Shown one piece after another: positions 48,783 to 58,973 of a stretch of DNA of 64,000 bases (its first letter is position 1; each line of letters starts with the position of its first letter). The notes under the pieces are model-generated. The model saw only the letters and a program-made list of their open reading frames with translations. It had not been told where the DNA came from and ran no database searches. Made by a program: the position numbers and the translations under genes. The DNA is from an uncultured Verrucomicrobiae bacterium (lineage in GTDB: Bacteria; Verrucomicrobiota; Verrucomicrobiia; Chthoniobacterales; Chthoniobacteraceae), in the NCBI GenBank assembly GCA_963828525.1, contig CAWHEP010000009.1:1-64000 (forward strand), read 5' to 3'.

Positions 48783-49859
48783 TCAAGCGCCCGGAACCCG
48801 GCACGTCCCAACACGCGCCGCTTCCACGCCGCCCATGGAGCCGCCGCCTCCGGTTAACCAACAGGAAAATTCGGTGACATGCCGCTCGATCATTTGTTCG
48901 CACACCGAAAGCTCCTGCCGCCTAATCTCGATCGATTGCCGGGCGATTGCCTGCAACGAGTCGATGTCGTAAAGAAATACACCTTCCAAATCGTTAATGG
49001 CTGGCTCGATGTCCCGGGGAACGGCGAGGTCGATGGCAAACAGGGGGCGGCCCTTCCTGATCGACATCACAGGTTCCAGCTTCTCTCGGGTAAGAATGGG
49101 GTGAGGCGCTGAGGTTGAGCTGATGACGATGTCCAGATCCCGGAACTCGCTCTCCCACTGTTCAAAGTGGATCGCCCTTCCGCCGAGTTCAGTCGCCAGC
49201 TGCGCGGCCCTGTCGTAGGAGCGATTGGAAACAAGGATACTCCGCGCGCCGCGCGAGAATAGCGACCTCGCTGTCTGCTCGCTCGCTTCTCCCGCTCCCA
49301 GGATCATCACTTTCCGAGTCTCAAGATTCCCAAAAATTTTCTCCGCGAGGTCGACAGCCACCGATCCAACAGAGACTGGCCCGCGCGTAATCGCTGTCTT
49401 TGAGCGAACCTCTTTCGCCACACGGAAGGCGCGCTGAAAAAGCTTGTTCAAGTGGCGCGCGGTTGTCCCGCCTGCCGCCGCCGCGCCATACGCTTTTTTG
49501 ACCTGCCCGAATATCTCCGTCTCTCCGAGAACCATCGACTCAAGCCCGCATACAACCCGGAAAAGGTGCCGGATGCTGCCAGGTGAATCGTACTGATAGA
49601 AGTGATTGCGATCAGTCAGCGCGAATCCAAATTGTTCCGCCAGGAAGCGGATGACCCCGGCAATTCCTTCTTCCGCTCTTTCGCTCGCAACATAGAACTC
49701 CACCCGGTTGCAGGTGGAAAGAATCACCGCTTCGTTAATCGCGCACTCGCTGCCAAGCCTCGCCGTCGCTCTCGCAAGATCAGCATCCGCGACGGCGAAG
49801 TGCTCGCGCAACTCCACTTGAGCCGTGGCGTGGCTGAGTCCGAGACAAATGACGTCCAT
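48783..49859 (-). CDS. hemA: glutamyl-tRNA reductase (short form)
   Basis: LSTCNRVEFY, HLFRVVCGLESMVLGETEI, ILGAGEA, SSTSAPH, IDLAVPRDI. Confidence 0.95.
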   Translation of the reverse strand: MDVICLGLSHATAQVELREHFAVADADLARATARLGSECAINEAVILSTCNRVEFYVASERAEEGIAGVIRFLAEQFGFALTDRNHFYQYDSPGSIRHLFRVVCGLESMVLGETEIFGQVKKAYGAAAAGGTTARHLNKLFQRAFRVAKEVRSKTAITRGPVSVGSVAVDLAEKIFGNLETRKVMILGAGEASEQTARSLFSRGARSILVSNRSYDRAAQLATELGGRAIHFEQWESEFRDLDIVISSTSAPHPILTREKLEPVMSIRKGRPLFAIDLAVPRDIEPAINDLEGVFLYDIDSLQAIARQSIEIRRQELSVCEQMIERHVTEFSCWLTGGGGSMGGVEAARVGTCRVPGA

Positions 49860-49871
49860 GGGAAAACTCAG

Positions 49872-50660
49872 CTAGAGATGACCCTGCCCCGCCATGAAGT
49901 TGATTCCCCATAACATGGACATCGTGAGGGAAAACGCGACGACCGAAAGGAGAGCTACCAGGCGCGGCCCCATCCGTTGACGCTTCTCCGCCTGAAGAAT
50001 GATGCCGTAGAGCAGCCAGACGCAGAGCGAGAGTCCTTTCACCCAATCCAGCGGTCTGCCCACCGCGAAACCAGCAAGCAGTCCAACGGTGAACAAGCCA
50101 AACCCCGCGAGAAGCAGGCGGCTGTTTACGACAGCCAGATCCGTGATCGGTGGCAGATGAAAAAAGATCGAGCGGAGCCGATGAGTTTTAAGCTGCCTCT
50201 CCTGCGCCAGGTACATCACCCCCGCGACGCCAGCGAGCGCAAAAGCGCCGCAAGCCACAACAGAGAGCGCCGCGTGCAACTCAAGCCAAGGGTTGGGCTG
50301 CGGCAGCCGGATCGGCTGCGCGTCCAGGGGGGCAATCAGCGCAACGCCTTGTAAAAGGAAGACCAGCGGTGATGTAAAAACTCCCAACAGCGAGAGTCTG
50401 TAGGCGGGACCAATCAGTAGATATAACAACACGACCGACCAGCTCAGGAAGATGAGCACCTCAAACATATTCGTAAGCGGACATCGGCCAAGCGAGTGCC
50501 CGCGCCGGTATAGAAAAGCCGTCTGAAACAGGAAGCCTGCCGCAATCGCCGAGAAGTTCAGCCTCGACGGAGCGTACGTCCGAGCGCCAAGCGCGTAAAT
50601 GGTATAACTGAAGCCGAGAAGAAAACAGAACGTACTGGCGGCCAGGAGGAGATGATCCAT
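49872..50660 (-). CDS. ccsA: cytochrome c assembly protein (CcsA/HemX-like)
   Basis: multi-TM, CPLTNMFE, WLELHAALS, MYLAQERQLK; upstream of hemA. Confidence 0.75.
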   Translation of the reverse strand: MDHLLLAASTFCFLLGFSYTIYALGARTYAPSRLNFSAIAAGFLFQTAFLYRRGHSLGRCPLTNMFEVLIFLSWSVVLLYLLIGPAYRLSLLGVFTSPLVFLLQGVALIAPLDAQPIRLPQPNPWLELHAALSVVACGAFALAGVAGVMYLAQERQLKTHRLRSIFFHLPPITDLAVVNSRLLLAGFGLFTVGLLAGFAVGRPLDWVKGLSLCVWLLYGIILQAEKRQRMGPRLVALLSVVAFSLTMSMLWGINFMAGQGHL

Positions 50661-50672
50661 GGGAGAACCGGC

Positions 50673-50700
50673 ATGGTAGAACGGGTGCCCTATTTTGCAA
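50673..50700 (-). promoter_or_regulatory. sigma70-type promoter for the ccsA-hem operon
   Basis: minus strand TTGCAA-N16-TACCAT, 12 nt before ATG. Confidence 0.5.
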
Positions 50701-50769
50701 CCCGGTCCAGAGGCGAGAAGGAGACTGCGGAAGGTGGAAGCGAAGCGCCGCCAAAATATCCAACGGCCC

Positions 50770-51276
50770 TTATTGCGGTGGCCGCAGCATCAGAATAGCC
50801 GCAACTGCCGCCGCGAACGCAACAATAGACACCGCCGCAAAAGACAAAATGCCCACCTTTACCGGGTTCTTCTTTTTCTTGGCGGTCTTGAATGGAGACG
50901 CGTTTGCAAACCCTTGGGGACGGGCGCTGGATGTCGCGACCGCGACCGGCGCCGCGCCCTGCTCCGGCAATTGGCGCGTGGGAGCGGGAGCGTCGGTGAG
51001 ATAGATACCCTCAACCTGGCCAAAGCGTACAATGTCCGAGTTTTTCAGGAGAGTTTCTGTAACGCTTTCGTCGTTTACACGCGTGCCATTGGTAGAACCC
51101 AGATCCTTCAGCCGATAGTGCTTCCCATCCAGAGAAAGTTCGGCGTGGTGACTGGAAACCGACGCGTCCTCGATCTGGATGGCGTTGTCCGAAAGACGAC
51201 CCACGGTGATGACATCGTCCAACAACTCATGGGACATCTGCGCGCCGTCCGGGAGTGTCAGTTCTAGCTTCGGCAT
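50770..51276 (-). CDS. FHA-domain membrane-anchored protein
   Basis: ITVGR, SVSSHHA, DLGSTNGT; C-terminal TM helix. Confidence 0.9.
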   Translation of the reverse strand: MPKLELTLPDGAQMSHELLDDVITVGRLSDNAIQIEDASVSSHHAELSLDGKHYRLKDLGSTNGTRVNDESVTETLLKNSDIVRFGQVEGIYLTDAPAPTRQLPEQGAAPVAVATSSARPQGFANASPFKTAKKKKNPVKVGILSFAAVSIVAFAAAVAAILMLRPPQ

Positions 51277-51285
51277 GGGGCAAGC

Positions 51286-52425
51286 CTACCGGGGAGAGCG
51301 CGTATCATCAATCATTTTGGCGAACTGCGAGAAGAAATACTCTGCATCCCTGGGACCGGGAGCCGCCTCTGGGTGATATTGCACGCTGAACACAGGATGC
51401 TCTCGATGCCGTATCCCCTCGACAGTCTGGTCGTTGAGATTGATATGCGTCACCTCGACGCTCGGGGGAAGCGAATCCGGATCCACCGCGAACCCATGAT
51501 TCTGCGCGGTGATGGCAACGCGTCCTGTTGCGATATCCTGGACAGGCTGATTGCCCCCGTGATGGCCGAACTTGAGCTTGAAAGTTTTTCCTCCGAACGC
51601 GTAGCCGAGCAGTTGATGTCCCAGACAGATGCCAAAGATGGGCTTCTTACCGATCAGTTTTCTCAGTTCAGAGTGAATATACCCCAAGGCCGCCGGGTCG
51701 CCCGGCCCGTTAGAAAGAAAAATGCCATCAGGGTTCAACGCGAGGACCTTCTCGGCAGGAGTGCCCGCAGGGACGACAGTGGTCTGAAAACCACGCTGCC
51801 GCAGGTTCCTGAGAATGTTCCGCTTTATTCCGAAATCATACGCAACGATGCCATATCGGATGTTTTCAGGTTTGCGTTCCTGTCCTTCTGGCGTCCATCT
51901 GCCACTCTCCAAGCCCTCGGTGTCCCATTCGTATTCCGACGCGGCCGTAACCTCCTTTACGTAATCCATCCCAACGACGCCCCTGGCGTCCGCAGCGAGA
52001 CTAACAGCGGCATCCACAGACATGGGTTCCGTTGTCAAAATACCTTTCATGGCTCCTTTTTCGCGGAGATGACGCGTGAGCGCCCGAGTGTCCACACCCT
52101 GAATTCCCGCGATGTTCCACTCTTTCAAATAGGCATCCAACGACATTTCAGAGCGCCAACTGCTCGGCGCGTCGCATAGCTCCTCGATGATGAAGCCCTG
52201 CGCATGGGGCCGCTCGCTCTCCTGATCAGCGGTGTTTACGCCGTAGTTGCCAATCAGCGGATAAGTCATGGCGACCATTTGCCCCTTGTAAGAAGGATCG
52301 GTGAGAACCTCCTGGTAACCCGTCATGGATGTGTTGAAACACACCTCGCCCACAGCGGATTCAGTCGAACCAAAAGACAGCCCCTCGAAATACCGTCCGT
52401 CTTCAAGTGCGAGGAGAGCGCGCAT
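51286..52425 (-). CDS. carA: carbamoyl-phosphate synthase small subunit
   Basis: [42 protein letters not shown]. Confidence 0.97.
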   Translation of the reverse strand: MRALLALEDGRYFEGLSFGSTESAVGEVCFNTSMTGYQEVLTDPSYKGQMVAMTYPLIGNYGVNTADQESERPHAQGFIIEELCDAPSSWRSEMSLDAYLKEWNIAGIQGVDTRALTRHLREKGAMKGILTTEPMSVDAAVSLAADARGVVGMDYVKEVTAASEYEWDTEGLESGRWTPEGQERKPENIRYGIVAYDFGIKRNILRNLRQRGFQTTVVPAGTPAEKVLALNPDGIFLSNGPGDPAALGYIHSELRKLIGKKPIFGICLGHQLLGYAFGGKTFKLKFGHHGGNQPVQDIATGRVAITAQNHGFAVDPDSLPPSVEVTHINLNDQTVEGIRHREHPVFSVQYHPEAAPGPRDAEYFFSQFAKMIDDTRSPR

Positions 52426-52550
52426 GGGTGGTAGCTGTAACGTCGCGATTCGTCGAATGCAAGCGCTTGGCGGAACTCAGAGTCTTGTGGCCGGAGCCAG
52501 CTTCCGTGACAGCAGCCGATCAGAACAACGCGAGCCGCGCGGCTGCTGCC

Positions 52551-52847
52551 TCAATACACCTCGGCGTCTTCCGAGAATCCTGAATCTTCACGGATGGAGG
52601 CAAGACGTTTACGGGCGCCACGATCCGACTCGGGGCGATTCCAGCGTTTGAAGCAAGCGTCGAACGCAAAAGGAATAGTCGAGGCAAGACCCACCGAAAG
52701 CATCGTGATGGCAGTCACTTTTTGAACCTTCCGGCGCATGCCTCCTGCAAGCAGCAATCCAATTCCGCAACCCACAACCGCCTGTGTCAGCGCGGTGATG
52801 CTGGGGATGGCCAGGTTTTCCGCAAACTTTGTGGAAGGGGTATCCAT
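52551..52847 (-). CDS. small membrane hypothetical protein
   Basis: ATG 52847, two hydrophobic segments, fills the gap between carA and manC. Confidence 0.6.
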   Translation of the reverse strand: MDTPSTKFAENLAIPSITALTQAVVGCGIGLLLAGGMRRKVQKVTAITMLSVGLASTIPFAFDACFKRWNRPESDRGARKRLASIREDSGFSEDAEVY

Positions 52848-52958
52848 AGATGAAACTAAGCAAAAAACCGGAAAAGCCAAAAAGAATCAAGGACGTCGTT
52901 CGTTCTTTTTCTGAACAAGCATCTTGCGCGCCCCTCAGCGATGCTTTTTCATCGAGGC

Positions 52959-54032
52959 ATGTCTTCATCGCTATACGTCTTGATTCTTGCTGGCGGCAGC
53001 GGTGAACGCTTCTGGCCTCTCAGCCGCAAGACGAAGCCGAAGCAGTTGCTCTCGCTGCTGGCCCGGGAGACGATGCTTGAACAGACGATTTCACGGCTGG
53101 ATGGACTGGTCCCCAGTGAGAATATCCTCATCCTCACGAACGCTGAGCAGGAAGCGGGCGTCAGGGCGCTCGCAACCATGTTACCCGCGGAGAACGTCGT
53201 CGCGGAGCCCGCCAAACGCGATACAGCGGCGGCGGTCGCGCTTGGCGCCGGGTGGATTGCCATGCGTGACCCGTTGGCGACGATGATCGTTTTGCCCGCT
53301 GATCATCTTATTCAGGATAGAGCGGGATTTCACCTCACGTTACGCGCGGCGGCTGCCGCGGCGGAACAGACCGGCAGCCTGGTCACCATAGGACTCAGGC
53401 CCACCTGGGCGTGTCCCGGCTTCGGCTATATTGAGCAGGGGGCCCCGGCAGTGGTTACTGGCATCGATGAAGCTCCTCCGGTTCACGAGGTGCTTCGGTT
53501 CAGAGAGAAGCCAACCGCCGACCTTGCTGAGACTTTCCTCCAGCAGGGCAATTTCCGATGGAACGCGGGAATGTTCATCTGGACCATCCCGGCCATCCTC
53601 CATGAGTTTGATCGCCATTCGCCTGACTTGGCGGAGTTCATCGGCCAGATTTCGCAGACTCGGGATCTCCACCGCATCATGGGTGAGCGCTTTGCCTTGC
53701 TGCCGAAAATCTCAGTCGATTACGCCATCATGGAGCGAGCCCGGCGCGTCCTCGTAGTGGAGGCGGCGTTCGACTGGGATGATCTCGGCAGCTGGATCGC
53801 GGTCGCCAAATACCTGGAGAAGGACAGCGCCGGCAACGCGCGTAATGGCGTGATCACGCAGATCGATTCGTCCAATAACATCGTGTACTCCAATCAGAAG
53901 GGTCACATCGCTCTCTTCGGCGCGCAAAATCTCATCGTCGTTCAAACGGAGGACGCGCTGTTGATCTGCGACCGCGCGCAGGCCGAGAGGATAAAGGAGA
54001 TTGTGGGGAAGGTGCCAGAAGGGTTGAGGTAA
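52959..54032 (+). CDS. manC: mannose-1-phosphate guanylyltransferase
   Basis: ILAGGSGERFWPLSR, PKQ, EPAKRDTA, PADH, GFGYI, FREKP, WNAGMF, SVDYAIME, WDDLGSW. Confidence 0.93.
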   Translation: MSSSLYVLILAGGSGERFWPLSRKTKPKQLLSLLARETMLEQTISRLDGLVPSENILILTNAEQEAGVRALATMLPAENVVAEPAKRDTAAAVALGAGWIAMRDPLATMIVLPADHLIQDRAGFHLTLRAAAAAAEQTGSLVTIGLRPTWACPGFGYIEQGAPAVVTGIDEAPPVHEVLRFREKPTADLAETFLQQGNFRWNAGMFIWTIPAILHEFDRHSPDLAEFIGQISQTRDLHRIMGERFALLPKISVDYAIMERARRVLVVEAAFDWDDLGSWIAVAKYLEKDSAGNARNGVITQIDSSNNIVYSNQKGHIALFGAQNLIVVQTEDALLICDRAQAERIKEIVGKVPEGLR

Positions 54033-54108
54033 CGGCAGCAATCTCGCCTGAAAGGCAGCTTTACCCAGTTCAAGGCGGCGCGTATGGTGTGCGGGCTTTC
54101 ACACTCAC

Positions 54109-54759
54109 ATGCGCCTACAGACTCTCCGCGAAGCCATCTGGATTTTCCTCGTCCTGGCGGCCTTGCTCTCGCTCAGCTTTGCTTTTCTACCCTGGCTCGC
54201 TCCGGTGTGGGCGCTCTTGATCCTCTTCAGCGTTTACTTCTTCCGCGACCCAGACCGCGCCGTTCCGTCTGATCCCGCCGCGGTTGTAGCGGCAGCGGAT
54301 GGCGTGGTGGTGGACATCACCGAAGTGGTGGAACCCGAGGTTGTCAAAACAACAATGACGCGGATCTCGATCTTCCTGTCCGTGTTCGATGTGCATACAA
54401 ACCGCGCGCCCGTCTCTGGAAAAGTAATCTATTCGGAAAGACACGTCGGTAAATTTCTGGATGCCCGGCATCCGGACGCCACTCGCCTGAACGAATTCAG
54501 AACGTGGGGGTTTGAGAATCCCGGCTGCGTGGTCGTCGTGCGTCAGATCACTGGAGCCATCGCTCGGCGGATCGTTGCATGGTCCAAGGTTGGGGATGCG
54601 CTTGCGAAGGGGGATCGCTTTGGCATGATCCGTTTCGGATCACGCACGGAGATCTATCTGCCACCTGACGCGCTCGTGACGGCAAAGGTAGGCGATGTGG
54701 TCAAAGGGGGAGCTACCGTAATCGCCCGGCTTTCTCTCCCATCGGAACAGAAACCGTGA
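54109..54759 (+). CDS. psd: phosphatidylserine decarboxylase proenzyme
   Basis: YFFRDPDR, IFLSVFDVHTNRAP, RQITGAIARRI, MIRFGSRT. Confidence 0.93.
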   Translation: MRLQTLREAIWIFLVLAALLSLSFAFLPWLAPVWALLILFSVYFFRDPDRAVPSDPAAVVAAADGVVVDITEVVEPEVVKTTMTRISIFLSVFDVHTNRAPVSGKVIYSERHVGKFLDARHPDATRLNEFRTWGFENPGCVVVVRQITGAIARRIVAWSKVGDALAKGDRFGMIRFGSRTEIYLPPDALVTAKVGDVVKGGATVIARLSLPSEQKP

Positions 54760-55652
54760 GCCAGTCTACAGAGGGCGAAAATCCCAAAATATACCTCCTG
54801 CCGAACCTGATGACGGCGGGGAATCTCTTTTGCGGATTCGCCGCGACACTGCGCATCCTGCAAGGGTCGCTACTCCAGGCGGCGGGTCAATCCGCGATTG
54901 TCCTCTTCCACGATGCAATCTGGTTTATTCTGGGCGCGTGCATTTTCGATCTTCTCGATGGCCGGCTGGCGCGCCTCGGAGGCCATGAAAGCCCCTTTGG
55001 CCGGGAGTTCGATTCACTAGCCGATATCGTTTCCTTCGGTCTTGCCCCCGCCTTGCTCATCTTTCGCATTGTGTTGCGGGAGTCCCCTCACTTCGGCTGG
55101 CTGGTGGCATTCGTTTACCTGGTCTGCGGCGCGCTGCGGCTGGCGCGATTCAACTGCATCGCCGCTTCGGGCAAGCCTGGGGCGGATCGGGACTTTAAGG
55201 GGTTTCCGATTCCGGCCGCGGCGGGGGTCATCGCTTCACTCACTCTCTTTTTGCTATGGATGCGGCAGGGTGAACACGAGATCGGTCCGTGGCGTTATGC
55301 CTTGCCAGGCTTGATGCTTTTCCTTTCTTTCATGATGTTCAGCGGGTTCCGCTATCCGAGCTTTAAGGGAGTCAACTGGCGAACGCAGAGATCGATCCCG
55401 CGTTTCCTTGCCATCTGCATCATCCTCATTTTCACCGCGATGAATTACGAGTGGATGCCCGCGATCATCTTCATTGCCTATCTTCTCTACGGATTCTTGA
55501 GGCCCTCTCTTTCCTTGAAGTGGCGCCGGGAGATCGAAGAAGAACTCGGCGAAGAAGAAACGCCTGATGACGAACCCGCGAGCGATGAGTCTGCCCAGCA
55601 ACCGTCGGACATAGCATTTCCAAAGGAAATTCCGCCCGAGCCGCGCCCGTGA
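54756..55652 (+). CDS. pssA: CDP-diacylglycerol--serine O-phosphatidyltransferase
   Basis: LPNLMTAGNLFCG, DLLDGRLAR, FGREFDSLADIVSFG, LRLARFN, FKGFPIPAA. Confidence 0.93.
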   Translation: MSQSTEGENPKIYLLPNLMTAGNLFCGFAATLRILQGSLLQAAGQSAIVLFHDAIWFILGACIFDLLDGRLARLGGHESPFGREFDSLADIVSFGLAPALLIFRIVLRESPHFGWLVAFVYLVCGALRLARFNCIAASGKPGADRDFKGFPIPAAAGVIASLTLFLLWMRQGEHEIGPWRYALPGLMLFLSFMMFSGFRYPSFKGVNWRTQRSIPRFLAICIILIFTAMNYEWMPAIIFIAYLLYGFLRPSLSLKWRREIEEELGEEETPDDEPASDESAQQPSDIAFPKEIPPEPRP

Positions 55653-56845
55653 GCGATTTCTCGCAAGACGGTCTCATCTGCACCCTCCAGTATCTCAGCA
55701 ATACAAACCGCGCGGAGTTGGAAACGCGGCTGGACGCGCGCGCCAGACCGATAACCATCGTACTTCCATGCCACGCGCGCGATCTTGCCGGACCTGCGTT
55801 GGTAAATATCCTCGACGAGATCGGAAGAGCCCAATTTGTGAGCGAGGTAATTCTCACTATGAACGGCTTGGACAAAGCAGGCTTCTCCGAGGCGCTGCGC
55901 CTTGTCGCGGGATTGCCTCAGCCAAGCCGAGTGCTGTGGAATGACGGGCCTCGAATGCTGGGAATCTGGGCGGACGCAGCAACAGCCGGCCTGCGCCCGG
56001 TCAATCCGGGCAAAGGCTTCAATGTCTGGACTGCGGCTGGCCTGATCCAGGCAAGGGGACGGCCTGGCGTCGTAGTAACGCAGGACTGTGACGTGCTTTC
56101 ATACAGATCGGAGATGTCTCTCCGTCTCTGTTCGGCTGTTGCCGACACGGAACTGGATTACGATTGCGCCAAAGCCTGTTACAGCCGCGTGAAAGACCGC
56201 ATTTACGGGCGCGCCAGCCGTCTCTTCCTGGCTCCCCTTCTTCGCGCGTTGCTCAGGGTGGTGGGCCACCACCCGTTCCTCGATTTCCTGCTAAGTTTCC
56301 GTTATCCCCTTTCCGGAGAGTGGGCAGCGACCACGGAACTTCTCTCCGCGTTGCCGATGTATGGCGGCTGGGGTTTCGAGATCGGGATGCTGTACGAACT
56401 TTTTCACAACACCGACCCGCGGAAGATTTCGCAAGTCGATCCCGGCGGAGAGTATGACCACGCGCATCAGCCTATTCATGGAGAAGGGGGAAGGGGTCTC
56501 GCTCCCATGGCGAAAGACATTGCAACGACGCTGTTCTTCCACCTCTCCAGGGAAGGCGTCTTTATAGACGCGTCTTTCATACACGCCGTGCATCTCAGCT
56601 ACGAGGCGGAAGCTCGATGGGCGCTGAAACGTTACAAGGACCTTGCCCGCATCAACAGCCTGAGCTTCGACGATGCCAGTGAGCAGCAGGCTGTGGAAGC
56701 TTTCGCGAAATCGCTTCCGAACCCGGATGATCTATGCCTTTCCGAGAGCGCGCTTCCCTCCTGGAACTCCATCGCGATCTCCCATCCTTGCCTCGCGGAT
56801 GAACTCACGCGAGCGGTGGACGCCGATCAGTGTCTCGCGGCGTGA
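55649..56845 (+). CDS. glucosyl-/mannosyl-3-phosphoglycerate synthase-like glycosyltransferase
   Basis: DFSQDG, LWNDGPR, PGKGFNVW, QDCD, YGRASRLF, FRYPLSGE, WGFEIG, YDHAHQ. Confidence 0.75.
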   Translation: MSDFSQDGLICTLQYLSNTNRAELETRLDARARPITIVLPCHARDLAGPALVNILDEIGRAQFVSEVILTMNGLDKAGFSEALRLVAGLPQPSRVLWNDGPRMLGIWADAATAGLRPVNPGKGFNVWTAAGLIQARGRPGVVVTQDCDVLSYRSEMSLRLCSAVADTELDYDCAKACYSRVKDRIYGRASRLFLAPLLRALLRVVGHHPFLDFLLSFRYPLSGEWAATTELLSALPMYGGWGFEIGMLYELFHNTDPRKISQVDPGGEYDHAHQPIHGEGGRGLAPMAKDIATTLFFHLSREGVFIDASFIHAVHLSYEAEARWALKRYKDLARINSLSFDDASEQQAVEAFAKSLPNPDDLCLSESALPSWNSIAISHPCLADELTRAVDADQCLAA

Positions 56846-57011
56846 AGCGAGATCGGTTGCTGCATCTCATCCATCTCACCGGTCGCGTGATGCTTTGAAG
56901 CATACGGGTCGGGGCGCGCCACCGCAGATTAGCGTTGCGGTTATTTCCAGTCGCGACGCGCTTGATTAGCGCTCGCCATGCAAGCCATTCCGCGCTCTAA
57001 TGCGCCGTCAA

Positions 57012-58543
57012 ATGTCTGAACCAGTCATCCTCATTATTCGCGACGGGTGGGGTATAAACCCAAGCGGAGTCGCAGGCGCTGTCGCGGATGGTAACGCGAC
57101 ACTGCTAGCAAAGACGCCATTCCATGAGCATCTTTACGCCACCTACCCCGGAAGTGTTCTAAGCGCGAGCGGGCTGGATGTGGGTCTTCCCGCCGGACAG
57201 ATGGGAAACTCTGAGGTGGGCCACCTGAACCTCGGCGCTGGGCGCGTGGTTTACCAGGACCTGACTCGCATAAACAAGGCAATCGCCGACGGGGAATTGC
57301 AGACAAACGTGGTCCTGAAAAATGCCTTCTCCCGCGCCGTGGGACGGCGTTTACACTTGATCGGCCTCGTCTCGGATGGCGGGGTGCATAGTCACCAGGA
57401 ACATCTCATCGCTCTTGCGCGCGCGGCCAGCAGCGAAGGAGTCGCCGATATCCTCGTTCATGCGATTACGGACGGGCGTGATACGTCTCCCACAGGCGGC
57501 GCCGATTATCTCGCCTATGTGGAAGAGAACCTCCCCGCCGGGGCGCGCATCGCAACGCTCATCGGGCGCTACTATGCGATGGATCGGGATCGCAGATGGG
57601 AACGAACCAAGCTCTCATGGGACGCCATTGTGCTGGGAATGGGAGAGAGTTCGGAGTTGGCTCCCTCGGAGGCGCTCAGGTTAAAGTACGCCGACGGAAT
57701 AACCGATGAGTTCCTTCTTCCCCTCGTTTTCTCACGCGCTGGCGAACAACGCGTCCGCGATGGCGATGTCGTGCTTTTCTTCAATTTCCGCGCGGATCGC
57801 GGACGGCAGTTATCCCAGGGTTTTCTCTATCCGGATTTTGATGGATTCGACCGGACTGTCTTCCCGGACACTTTCTATGTCACTCTTACGCAATACGACG
57901 AAAAGTACGCTTGTCCCGTAGTCTTCGACCCGCAGTCATTAGACAACATTCTTGGTGAGGTCGTGGGACGTTCCGGAAAGAAGCAATTACGCATTGCGGA
58001 GACGGAGAAGTACCCACACGTCACTTATTTTTTTAATGGCGGTATCGAGCAGCCATTCCCAGGCGAAGACCGCAAGATCATTCCCTCCCCGAAGGTGACA
58101 ACATACGATCTTCTGCCTGAAATGAGCGCGGCGGCTGTTACCAATGTGGTGCTTGAGGCGCTTCCCGACTATGACCTCATCATCCTGAATTTCGCCAACC
58201 CCGATATGGTCGGCCATACAGGGGTAGTTGAGGCGGGAATACGGGCAGTCGAGACGATTGACGACCGGTCCGCCAAGTCATAACCAAGGTTCTCGCGTTA
58301 GGCGGGAAAGCGCTCGTCACAGCCGACCATGGAAACTGCGAATTTATGCGCAACCCCGATGGGTCACCAAACACGGCGCATACGACAAATCTCGTTCATT
58401 TCATCTATGTCGCGGCGGACGCTGGCGATTACGTTTGTCGCGACGGCATCCTGGCGGACGCGGCGCCCACCTTTCTCGCATTGCTCGGATTGGAGAAGCC
58501 GCAGAATATGACCGGGCGGAATCTTGTCGAACGGCGGGGGTAA
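57012..58543 (+). CDS. gpmI: 2,3-bisphosphoglycerate-independent phosphoglycerate mutase (frameshift near 58270)
   Basis: IRDGWG, GQMGNSEVGH, SDGGVHSH, DGRDT, GRYYAMDRD, AETEKYPHVT, NPDMVGHTG / TADHGN, TAHT, LADAAPT. Confidence 0.93.
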
Positions 58544-58796
58544 CAGGTCCGTAAGAGAATCGAAGCTTATTCGCGTTTTCAAACGTCTAGGGCCTTCAGT
58601 TGAAGTATGCAGGTAGCCATGCTGCTCGATTAGTCAGGAAGGCTGCTCGCGAACGGCATCGTTCCCTCCAATCAGGCGGGACTTTACCCGCTACCGGGCT
58701 CGGCATATTGCTTCTGCATCTTCCGGAAGAATCCCGAACCGCATGACAACGAACGTTATGCAAACCAGGACTTCGTGAAGTTGCTTGAGCTCAGAG

Positions 58797-58867
58797 AGCG
58801 GGCAGAGGGAATCGAACCCTCATGGCCAGCTTGGAAGGCTGGAACTTTACCATTAAGCTATGCCCGC
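58797..58867 (-). tRNA. tRNA-Gly (anticodon TCC), CCA not encoded
   Basis: GCGGGCATAGCTTAATGGTAAAGTTCCAGCCTTCCAAGCTGGCCATGAGGGTTCGATTCCCTCTGCCCGCT folds as a cloverleaf; anticodon stem CCAGC/GCTGG, loop CTTCCAA; upstream TTGCAA-N18-GATAGT. Confidence 0.95.
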
Positions 58868-58973
58868 GCGAATGGAACGCTGACTATCACACCGCAAGAG
58901 CACCCCTTGCAAGGCGGAATTCAACGGTTCAAGCAACCAAGGAAACAGCAGACCTAATTCGGACGCGGCGGAA

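Noticed and set aside
56890..56903. Short palindrome ATGCTT-TG-AAGCAT upstream of gpmI
   Set aside because: Single copy with 6-bp arms; not distinguishable from chance without comparative data
58544..58796. Integrative element or att site at the tRNA-Gly 3' end
   Set aside because: No integrase and no duplicated tRNA 3' end was seen in the window; the 250-bp spacer is unexplained but uninformative
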